This document shows positions 12,201 through 24,200 of a DNA stretch of 64,000 bases, one piece after another. Position 1 is the stretch's first letter. Each line of letters starts with the position of its first letter. The stretch is from Macrostomum lignano. Taxonomy: Eukaryota. The notes beneath the pieces are model-generated. The model made no database searches and was not told the DNA's origin. It saw only the letters and a list, made by a program, of their open reading frames with translations. The stretch is from positions 981,335 to 1,045,334 of the forward strand of contig NIVC01000033.1 in NCBI GenBank assembly GCA_002269645.1. The letters run 5' to 3'. The position numbers and the translations under genes are program-made.

Positions 12201-15200
12201 TCTACTTCTACCTTAAAACGAAATCTCACTCCTATTTATTTCTCACTGCTATCTACTTTCGTTCATCTCTATCTCAGCTAGTTTAAGCTCCATCTTTCAG
12301 TCTTGCCCCATGCCCCCAGAATCCCAGTCTGCCCCTTGCCCCATGCCCCAGAATCCCAGTCTGCCCCTTAAATCTCCTCTCCCTGGCCGCACCTTCTCCA
12401 GTTGGCTCCTCTCCTGCTCGCGGGCGGTCAAGGCGGACTTCAGCCGTTCGTAGTCGCGGCCGCTATCGGTCTGCGCCCTCTGCACTGTGTCCAGCTCCTC
12501 GCGCAGGCCCAGCACCTGGTGCTCCAGTCGTCGGCGCTCGTTCTCAGACTCGTCCAGCTGTCGGCGTATGTTGTCCCCGGCGTCCTTGGCGCTGGCCAGC
12601 TTGCCGCGCAGCTCCTGCACCTGCAGACACATCGGAGCGGCATGGGGGTTGGCAGTGATGCAATGCCGGACTAGGAGACCAGTCGCCAATGGGAAACGGG
12701 ACACCGTGAGACGCGAGGTGTAAATAAGGATAGGTATAAAATATGGGGGCGCCAATGGGAAAATGGGAGGCGCTAATGTGAAAGGAGGCGCCAATGAGAA
12801 GATGGAGCGCCAATGCGGAAATGGGGCGCCAATGGGAAAATGGGGCGCCGATGGGGAAATCATGGGGGCGCCAATGGGAAAATCATGGGGGCGCCAATGG
12901 GAAATTCATGGGGACGCCAATGGGAAAAATCATGGGGGCGCCAATGGGAAAATCATGGGGGCGCCAATGGGAAAATCATGGGGGCGCCAATGGGAAATTC
13001 ATGGGGACGCCAATGGGAAAAATCATGGGGGCGCCAATGGGAAAATCATGGGGGCGCCAATGGGAAATTCATGGGGCGCCAATTGGAAAATCATGGGGCG
13101 CCAATTGGAAAATCATGAAGGCGCCAATGGGAAAATCATGGGGGCGCCAATTGGAAAATCATGGGGCGCCAATTGGAAAATCATGAAGGCGCCAATGGGA
13201 AAATCATGGGGGCGCCAATGGGAAAATCATGGGGGCGCCAATTGGAAAATCATGGAGGCGCCAAAGGAGCACCGGTGCACAGCGGCCTTCATCAACTCAG
13301 CGTGAAAGTCACCAGGCGCCTACCTGCAAGGCCCTCTTGTTCAGCGCGGCCTGTACGGCGCTGTAGGTGGAGTCAGCGAACGCAGGAGACCGCGAGCGCT
13401 GCCGACCGGCCGGCGAGCGACCGCCGCGACCGACCGGCGACACGGAGCGACCCCGACCGGCGTCCGAGAAGTCGCGGTACCCGTCGGCGTCGCTGATGAC
13501 GGCCTGGGCAATGTCGCGCAGGCTCTGGTGCATGGCCTCGGTCTCCTCGATTAGCGCGCGTGTGGCCGCGTCGTCAGCACCCTGGGAGTTTGAGTCCGAG
13601 AGGAATAAATTAGATATTGATCTCATTGATCTCAAATAATCTCACCTCATAGATTAGACTTACACGTAAATCCCAAATAATCTCACCCATTAGATTTGAT
13701 ATTGATCTCAAATAATCTCACCCATGAGATTTGCTATTGATCTCAAATAATCTCACCCATGAGATTTGATATTGATGTCAAATAATCTCACCCATTAGAT
13801 TTGATATTGATATCAAATAATCTCACCTATGAGATTTGATATTGATCTCAAATAATCCCACCCATGAGATTTTATATTGATATCAAATGATCCCACCAAT
13901 GAGATTTGATATTAATCTAAAATAATCTCACCCATTAGATTAGATATCGATGCTAAAATAAACTAACCGCATAAACAATCTCCTACACTGACAAATCTCA
14001 AGCATCCGCATACTCAGACTCAGGAGATCGCAGCAGACCTCAAGCCTGAGAGAAACTCACCGGTGGCTCGGCAGATTGCGAGCGACTTGCGCTGCCGCCG
14101 CCGCCGCCGCCGCCGCTGCTGCGCAGCCGCTGCAGGTGGGACAGGGTTCGATCCTTCTCGGCCAACTGGAATTTCAGCTTCTCGTTCTGCACCGACAGCT
14201 CGTTGACCCGGCCGCTCAGGTCGGCCTGATGCGCCTCGAACTTGGCCTGCAGGTCCTGCAGCTCCCGGGTTCGTTCGCGGAGCGCCGATTCCAGATTGGC
14301 GCGCCCGGAGCGCTCCTGATCCAGCGCCACGGCGCCCTGCGTCTCGGCCGATTTCAGGTTGGCATTGAGATTCTGGCAGGCCGCGTGGACGCCGCGGGAC
14401 TGGCGGGTCATCTCGTTCTTGAAGTTGTTCAAGTCGCGCTCGTTGGCGGTCTTCAGCTCGTTGAACTGGCGCCGGAAGCTCACCAGGTTGCGCCACAGCG
14501 ACAGCAGGCGGTTGTGCTCGGACGAGAAGTACTCGGAGAAGCTGGCCTCCTCATCGCGCCATTCGGACTCGCGGCGCTCGAGGTCGGACCGGGTGCGCTG
14601 GAAGTCCTCGCTGAGCCGCTTCATGTCCTCCGTGAGCGACTGGTTCACCTGGGTGGCCTGGTCCAGCTGCTCCCGCAGCATCGCGTTCACGTGGGCCAGG
14701 GAGGCCGATCTGGGCGGGGCGTTCGGGTCGGTGGTAGACAGGGACTTGAATGCTAAGGACGTTGCTAAGCATCCTATAAACTTTTATGAACTGAACTCGG
14801 GTTTATTCACATATCTCAGCCTTGATTCACATATCTCAATATTGATTCACATATCTCAGCCTTGATTCACATACTTCAGCCTTGATTCACATATCTCAAT
14901 CATGATTCGCATATCTCAGCCTTGATTCACATATCTCAATCTTGATTCACATATCTCAGCCTTGATTCACATATCTCAGCCTTGAATCACATATCTCAGC
15001 CTTGATTCACATATTTCAGCCTTGATTCACATATCTCAGCCTTGATTAACATGTTTCAGTCTTGATTCACATATCTCATAATTGATTTATGTCTCTCGGC
15101 CTCGATTCACAAATCTCACTCTTGATTCACGCCTCGCAGCCTTGATTCACAAATCTCACTCTTGATTCACGCCTCGCAGCCTTGATTCGCATATCTCGGC

Positions 15201-18200
15201 TTTGATTCACGTCTGGCAGCCTTCATTCACAAATTTTACTCTTGAGTCACGCCTGTCAGTACGTGACTTAACCTATTACTCCCGTTCTCATACTATTACT
15301 ACCCTATATTCGTTCACAAGTCCAAACGTTGATTGACATTCACACCCATATTCTTCTTCTTTCGATTTTTCCCACTTGATTCCCATTCCGTTGAAATGCC
15401 CATTTCTCAGCCATGATTCACAACCACTTTGTTCGTGTACAAAATCTGTCACTACCGATTCACAATCAAATATTCCACGTTCACAAGTGCGCTCATGGGT
15501 GGCTTGAGCACAGAGCGCAACAAGCACAAGAAGGCAAAACACCGCCCTACTCAGCAGGGTTGAAGCCTCATACAAGAGAGCGGGGCAGGCAGGCAGTGGA
15601 GGGTAAAGATGCGCTGCACTACTCTCACAAACTCTCTCATAAACATTTCTGATGTTTTTACAACTGCGCCTTGCCTCTCTGCCTCCCCAGCCTTACAAAA
15701 CATTCTTGATGAAAACATTGAGCGGGCAAACTCCCCACCTCATGCTGCCCCACTGCATTCCATCTTGTTTTATGAGCACGGGACAGGGCAGTGGGTAGTA
15801 GGGAGAGCGCCGGGTGTACAAATGGAAACAATTGATAATACACATTGCTAACTGAAAATTTTTATGGCGACTCATCGGTGGTACGGGGAGCGAGTGAGTG
15901 GGATAAACTAGGGGGATGATAGAGGGCGAGTTGGTTGCCGCGTTGGGTGGGACATGGCTGAGTAATAAGATCGGTTATGGGCAGGAATGGCATATCAAGT
16001 GGTGCTAAAAAGAGACAAACGGAAGTTTAAAGTGCAGAAATAAAAAGGAAGATGGAATGCAAAAAAGATGGGGGTGGGGGGACGGAGCAGATGATGGATA
16101 GAGCGGAAGAGATAGGGAGTAGAACGGAAAAGATAAGGGTAGGGGCGGAAGTGATGAGGGTAGGGGCGGAAGAGATGAGGGTAGGGGCGGAAGAGATGGA
16201 GAGTAGGGGCAGAAGTGATGAGGATAGGGGCGGAAGAGATAAGGGAGGGGCGGAAGTGATGACGGTGGGGGCGGAAGTGATGAGGGTGGGGGCGAAAGAG
16301 ATGAAGTAGCGGCGGAAGAGATAAGGGCGGGGGCGGAAGTGATGAGGGTGGGGGCGGAAAAGGCGAGAAAGAGAGCGGAAGAGATGAGGGAGGGGCAGAA
16401 GTATTGAGGGTGGGGCGGAAGTGATGAGAGTGGGGGCAGAAGTGATGAGGGTGGGGGCGGAAGTGATGAGAGTGGGGCAGAAGTGATGAGGGTGGGGCAG
16501 AAGTGATGAGGGTGGGGGCGGAAGTGATGAGAGTGGGGCAGAAGTGATGAGAGTGGGGGCAGAAGTGATGAGGGTGGGGCGGATGAGAGGAGGGTGGGGG
16601 CAAAAGAGAGGAGGGTGGGGGCGGAAGAGAGGAGGGTGGGGGCGGAAGAGATGAGGGTGGGGCGGAAGAGAGGAGGGTGGGGGCAAAAGAGAGGAGGGTG
16701 GGGGCGGAAGAGAGGAGGGTGGGGGCGGAAGAGATGAGGGTGGGGCGGAAGAGAGGAGGGTGGGGGCAAAAGAGAGGAGGGTGGGGCGGAAGAGAGGAGG
16801 GTGGGGGCGGAAGAGAGGAGGGTGGGGGCGGAAGAGAGGAGGGTGGGGGCGGAAGAGAGGAGGGTGGGGCGGAAGAGAGGAGGGTGGGGGCGGAAGAGAT
16901 GAGGGTGGGGCGGATGAGAGGAGGGTGGGGGCAAAAGAGAGGAGGGTGGGGCGGAAGAGAGGAGGGTGGGGGCGGAAGAGAGGAGGGTAGGGGCGGAAGA
17001 GAGGAGGGTGGGGGCGGAAGAGAGGAGGGTGGGGGCGGAAGAGAGGAGGGTGGGGGCGGAAGAGATGAGGGTGGGGGCAGAGCAGATGACGGATAGAGCG
17101 GAAGAGATAAGGAATGGCGGTGCGTGGATGCCAGAGTTCAGTGCAGAGACACTCAGTGAAGGGCAACGAGAAGCAAGCTTATAAAAGCTGGTGGAAAAGG
17201 GCGAGGATTTGCTCCGAAGAGCAGACATCGTGCTCAAAGCTGCTCCCAAAATTTCTCCCTAGGCGGCACTTGAATCCCCCTGGAGGACAGCAGCAACTGG
17301 CTGCAGACTAGAATAACAATGAGAGGAAACACGCAGTACCGGCTCAGTCCCAGGAACTAGGGGGAAATTAATAATTCTTCAGCAGAATGCCGGTGTCCGC
17401 CACCCCCCGCAATTTCCTCATCAGGGATGCTGGCTGCGTGTTGCATCGCTTGCTGAGACAATATTGGACTTTGTGGGGCAGGGGAAAAACTCCCTAAGTA
17501 AAAAGCACCGCTGCTTGCCCACCTCTGCTGCTCCTCCTCAAGGCGGATGAGGGCAGACTCCAGATCGCTTGAATGGTCTTCATCGCCTCCAGAGCGCAGG
17601 CGAGTCTCAGAGTCCAGCTTGAACTGGTAGCTGTCGTTCTGCAACAGCGGGAGCGCAAATGAGAAAAAACTGATCAATGCTTGTGCAGCATTGGAATAAC
17701 TGACCGCAGCACGCCAAGTAAAATTTGGATGCCATGGCACCGAATAAAAAACCGCTAGAGAGAGTCCGCGTTTGTTAAATTAAAATAGCTGCGATTGCAG
17801 GTTAAATAAGCTGGCTGTGCATGCAGTTTCTCTGTGCTGCGCGAGACAGGGACAAATATCACGGCCTAGCCCAGTCCCCCACTATACCCCTGCCCCAGTC
17901 CCTCACAATACCCCTGCCCCAGTCCCTCACAATACCCCTGCCCCAGTCCCCCACAATACCCCTGCCCCAGTCCCCCACAATACCCCTGCTCCAGTCCCCC
18001 ACAATACCCCTGCCCCAGTCCCTCACAATACCCCTGCCCCAGTCCCTCACAATACCCCTGCCCCAGTCCCTCACAATACCCCTGCCCCAGTCCCCCACTA
18101 TACCCCTGCCCCAGTCCCCCACAATACCCCTGCTCCAGTCCCCCACAATACCCCTGCCCCAGTCCCTCACAATACCCCTGCCCCAGTCCCTCACTATACC

Positions 18201-21200
18201 CCTGACCCAGTTCCTCACTATACCCCTGCCCCAGTCCCTCACTATACCCCTGCCCCAGTCCCCCACAATACCCCTGCCCCAGTCCCTCACTATACCCCTG
18301 CCCCAGTCCCTCACTATACCCCTGCCCCAGTCCCTCACTATACCCCTGCCCCAGTCCCTCACTATACCCCTGCCCCAGTCCCTCACAATACCCCTGACCC
18401 AGTCCCTCACTATACCCCTGACCCAGTCCCTCACAATACCCCTGCCCCAGTCCCTCACTATACCCCTGCCCCAGTCCCTCACAAGACACCGCCATACCCC
18501 TAAATGTACAAGTGCCACGCCACGGACAAGTTTTAAAATTTCAATCTATAATAAGAATATTTCTAAAAGCTGCTACTTAGCAGAAAACAGTTAAATCAAT
18601 AAGATGTTCTAAAAACATACAGATTATGAAATTAGACAGGTGCAGAATTATTGGTAGACAGCAGCAAACACGGTGCAGAACGTAAATCCGCAACTCCGAG
18701 AGGATTATAGTCGGGTTTGGATAAAACGGACAGCTAATGTGCTGTTGCTATGGCTACGAAATCAACGTTTGTGCTTTTGTTTTAAACACAAAAGTCAAGC
18801 CGTCAGCTTGGACTCACGCGTTTGCGGTCAGCTTCCTGCTCCATCACCTGCACTTTTGCCTCCATCTCGCTGCACTTTTTCTTGTATTGCAGCACCTTCG
18901 CGTAGGTTTGAAATCATTTTGGGAGAGTTTGTTGTGGGGAAATGATTGAACAGCACCGTGGTGACAAGTTAGGCACGGCAGCACAAAACAGAATTCGCGC
19001 ATTATTCGCGTGGATAATGTTAAATCAGTGGTAGAATGTACTTTTAAACTCGTCAGAAGCAAACCCGGCATGCGGCTAAGGCAGCGAATAAACACGGATT
19101 AGATTGATTATAAGTAGTGCAATCTAGCATGGGACTCTCCCTGCGGCATGCCAAACAGATCAAATCTGCTTCAAGACTTTAATCACCGATTGCTTGAAAC
19201 TTCGCAGCTGAGTCTTCAGCCGCTGGTTCTCAAGGTCACTCTCGGACACCTTCTTCTTGTAGGCCAGTACCTAATTTTTATAGGTCATTGTTGAAAAAGC
19301 AAATACGCATTCTAATTCTGCACAATACGATGACTGAGAACGTGTCCTAAATTTAGTGCCAAATCTTAAACAGATCTTCATCCGGTTTGTGACAGTGGAG
19401 CTTAGGTGAAAAATGAGTAAATGATGGCAAAAAAGTCATTCAATTGGTTTTAACTAGTGAACTGCATGTAGTTACAAGTAACCAATTCAAAACATATTTA
19501 ATGCATTTTGGGCTAAAAAATAATGACAGGAAACCGCAAAGGATCCTGCAGATGATTAGTAAATTAGCAATAATAGGAAGGAGATGCACGGAGGTGGCGC
19601 TAAATCACGAGCGTGCCAGCAAGCACTGAAATTTAACTGCTGCGGAGGCAATAGCGGGGGATTGATGGGATTGAAGGGATAAAAGGGAACAAAGGGGATG
19701 AAGGGAACAAGAGGGGATGTAGAGGATATAGGGGATGAGGGATAGAGGGGATAGAGGGGACTGAGGATGGAGAAAATAGAGGGATGGAGGGCATGGAGGG
19801 GATGGAGGGGACAGAGGTGATAGAGGGCATGGAGGGGATGGAGGGGACAGAGGGCATGGAGGGGATGGAGGGGACAGAGGGCATGGAGGGGATGGAGGGG
19901 ACAGAGGGGTGGAAAGGACAGAAGGGATGGAGGGTATAGAAAAGGGGATAGAGGAGGGGATAGGGGGTATATAGGATGGGATGGAGGGATGGAGGGGACA
20001 GAGGGGATGAAGAGGATAGAGGAGGGGATGAATGGATAAAAGGAATAGAGGTAACAAATCAGATGCGGGGAGCACAGGTGATATAAGGGAATACATGGGT
20101 AACTGAGACAGCAGTTTCTAGGCAAAGCATTGGCCCAGTGGCGGCACAGGTAAGCCATAGGCATAGGCATAGAAATACGCCAATCAGACAGACAGGCGGC
20201 ACTCACCTTGGCCTGCAGTTTCTGCACCAGCTGGGCCTGTCGCTGCTGGCCCTCCTGGTACGTGGCCAGCTTGCGCTTGTAACTCTGCTGCTCATCGTCC
20301 AGGCGCTTGCGGAGGTCCATGTTCATCTGCATGAGGCCCCTGGAGCCGGTATCGTCACCGGGGTCCTCGTGCTGCTGGAAAACAGGGGTGGCGAGGTGGC
20401 TGGAGTTAGCGGACTCCCGGCAGTAGTCCTCGGGGTCGGAGTTGTCGTAGCCGCTGTCCGGGCAGGAAGCGGTGCCGATCGATGCGCCAAGAGCGGCGCT
20501 GGCGGCTGTGAGGTTCCGGACTCGAATCCGGGGCGCAGCCTGGCTGCTGCAGTTCTGGCAGCCAAGCAGAGCAGCCTGGCAGCTTTTGTCCTCGAAGGAC
20601 GGCTGCTTCTGCTGCTGCTTCTGCTTGCTGGTCAAGCACACCTGGGAAACTGCCTTCTTCATCAACATCGACGTTTCTAATGTCGATGAATGAGCCGACC
20701 TGACAGCTGCTTCCATAGCAACAGAGCTAGCAGTTGACGCTAGCAGGCAGTTGTGAGAAGCGACTCGATTTGAGGAATTGGAGGGGCGCTGCTTGCTGGC
20801 CGGGGGCGGCATTTTGTCTGCCGCCTTCTTCACCGGCAGATTTCTGGGCCGAGCAAACATTCTCAAAGTTTCCCCTGGCTGGCAGGCGGTTCTGCTTTCT
20901 CACAAATTCTTCACTCAGCTCGGGCGGTCAAGCTCCATTCGGTTTTGAGAAGTTTTTTAAACCCCAATTTAAGAGACAGGAAGCGGCAGGGAACGCGCAG
21001 GACTTCCAGTTCGGTGAGAAATCGAAATGGAAAGCCTCTCTGCTAATTAGTTAATGCAGTGAGCGAGTCGGTGAGGGGACCCGCGGCACAGGAAGCTGGT
21101 GAAGTATATATATGCGGATGTCTGACTGCGGCTATGAAATTCTAACTCTAAGAAACAGGGCGCGCACAGCACTTACGCGGTAGTCCACGTAGTCAAAACC

Positions 21201-24200
21201 GTCGTCTGTCATTGCTTAGCAACCGCTTAGCAACGCGTTGCTTAGGGATTAAAATGGATCAGATTAACTAAAATCGGTCGGTGCTACTGAGTCTGGGCAG
21301 TGGGAGCGGACCGACCACCTGAGAGGCGAACTGGAGGCTGACAGAAGAAACAGAAGTTTGCAGATGATGAAGCAGAAGAAAGACAGAGAGACTGTGGGCG
21401 TCTAATATAATAGGGAGGCTGGGGTGGCGGGGGGGGGGCAGCCTCGGGCTCTGTGCTGCAGAGTAGTCGGGCAGTTTGGCAGACAACGGAGCCAAATGGA
21501 GGTTAGAGAGCGCGATGGAGATGCGGGGGAGAGAGAGGCAGAGAGCAAATAGGACCGGGGCACTCGAGCACACGCAGACAGGAGAGGCTTGGCAGGGCCG
21601 CAGCCGAGGACGAAGGCAGATACGGTAGGCAGACGGGCGAGAGAGAGAGAGCGCTTAAAGAGTTCTTCAGTTTTCTTGGCAGCCAAATGACCAGACAAAA
21701 CTGCAGGGCGAGCCAGCCCCAGTAGCACCGACTCAAAGAGCAAAGACCCCTTGCACACACACGCGCTAAGCAGCCGGTAATAAACGCATCCATCAGGCCA
21801 TTAGCCCCTCTCACCCTCTCTCATCGACCTCTTGTCCGCCGTTTCAACCCCCCCCCCCTATCCAACCTCGCAAGCAGCAAACTCAGTCGGGTTTTTAACA
21901 CTTCGCCGCCGTTCGGTGCTTCGAACCCCACCCCCCCTCCTGCACCCCCACTCTATAGCATAGCCTAGCCTACACCGTCGCCATGACAACAATGCGCTTA
22001 CGGAGCTGTGAAACAGGTATAGACACACACAGAGCAAGCATCGACACTGCTCCAAGACAGTCCGAAGCAGCAGCAAGGTGGAGAGGAAGACCATAAAAGC
22101 CGTAAATTAGGTCTCGCATTGCGCTGGCTTGTTCTGTATGAATTTGCTCGCTACAAGCTGTAAGCTGCATATCGCACTCTGTTATCAACCTGCTACCGCA
22201 CTGTTCCAAGCCTCACCTTGGCGGCAATTGCAGCGCCAATTTCACCTCATTAGGTGCCGCAAGCCAAATGAACCGCATAAAAAAGCGGATGAAAAGTTTG
22301 GCGAATTTTTATACCTCCTTGCAATTTTTTCAGTGCTTAGCAAACTGATGAAGCACCAAATGAGCTTCATAGAGTAGGAAAAGACTGGCCCAGCTTCCAG
22401 CCGCCTAAATTGAAGCACGCGATAGCGGCATAGATGCAGTAGGCAGCTCTGAGTTGACACGGGGCAAACAGTTATTCAATATGCGAGATCGAGCGGCGGC
22501 TGCTGCCGTACCCTCACCTGCTTCCCCGCGGCTGGCTGCTCTGGATGGCGAGGAGTGGAGGGGAGGCCGAGAAAACACGGTAACCATGGCAACAGCATGT
22601 TGACAGAGCAGCGGCCCAACTGGCATCATCGGTGGCGCCTCCACTGGCGAGCAACAAGTCGATATTAGAAGAAAAAGATGATAAAAGTTTTTATTGGAAT
22701 TGTTGACTCGAGAGAGGCTGCGGCTCTCTGCCCCCGAAACCTTAATTGGCGAGAACAGTGAAATTCGATAGGCAAAGCTGTGCTCGAAGCTTCTATGGAA
22801 TTTCTGCTTTGCTATTATCTGGCATGTCTGGCACGGTGGGAACCGCATACAAAACTCTGAAGAGCTTTGAGTCTTTTGGTGTCTGCTCAAATAATTCATC
22901 GTCATTTTCTTAAAGAATTATTTTCCGCATCGATGACTTACGGAGAGGCGAGTTCAATTAAGGACATCCAACAACCCGCTTGTTGAGGAAACTTAAGTGA
23001 ATTTTTCTATCAAGAAAGCTCTGCCATCCGGTGAATAATGAAAAGTTTTAAAATGACCAGAAAATGACCTGGCGTGTGAAAATTAACAAAATATCTTCCA
23101 ACATGTAAATTTTAACAAAACAAATTAAATCAAACGAGACCTTGGTGAAATCGAAATAGAAAACAATATTAAAATTGATTTCCGTGTGATAAACTAAAAA
23201 AATGCTTCGGCACTACTTACCCAGAGTAGTGTTCAATAATAGGCTAATATAAATTCTTCAGAGCTGCTCAAAAGCACCTAAACAAAGGTGATTCGATAGA
23301 CAATAAGAATTTTATATACAGAATTGCTGCAAAATATGAATGTAACAGAAATGAACACCTGCCAGTTGATCGCAGCCTCCTGCAGCTGCATCTCTTGTTG
23401 GCGCTAAATATTGCCAAGCAAGGCACCGCTAATTCAATGCAAATATTATGCCTGCATAGTACTTGACCCGACTTGGAAACTGCTCGCTGAGGCGCATTGC
23501 TTCACTTTCCTTGCTTGCAAGAGAAAATTTCCTGATTGACTTCATTGCACAAAGCCTTTCTTGACACACTACAGTGATTTCTTAACGCAGTTAGAGCGCA
23601 AAAAAGCGGTTACCATGGCAACCAAGTGGAGGTTTTCTATACCAAGGAAGCATTTCAAAGTCTGGGCAGAAAGTAGGGAAAATCTCGGAAATTTCGAAAG
23701 CTGGATTTGGTAATAAAATTCACCCTTGAAGCTGATATTTGGTGAGATATAAATTTAGGAGGGTGAAATTGGGAATGCTGATTTAGGGACCTTCGAGAGA
23801 GGTGCGATGAGAATTTCATGAGGATTAGGGGTGATAAAATTAGGGATAATGAGGATTAGGGACGATGAGGATTAGGGACGATGAGGATTAGGGACGATGA
23901 GGATTAGGGATGATGAGGATTAGGGATGATGGGGATTAGGGATGATGAGGATTAGGGATGATGAGGATTAGGGATGATGAGGATTAAGGAGGATGAGGAT
24001 TAGGGAGAATGAGGATTAGGGACGATGAGGATTAGGGAGGATGGGGATTAGGGACGATGAGGATTGGGGATGATGGGGATTAGGGATGATGAGGATTAGG
24101 GAGGATGAGGATTAGGGACGATGAGGAATAGGGATGATGGGGATTAGGGATGATGAGGATTAGGGATGATGAGGATTAAGGAGGATGAGGATTAGGGAGG

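Noticed and set aside
7935-14865. Plus-strand Leu-rich ORFs overlapping rootletin exons
   Set aside because: Antisense shadows of GC3-rich Glu/Gln/Lys codons.
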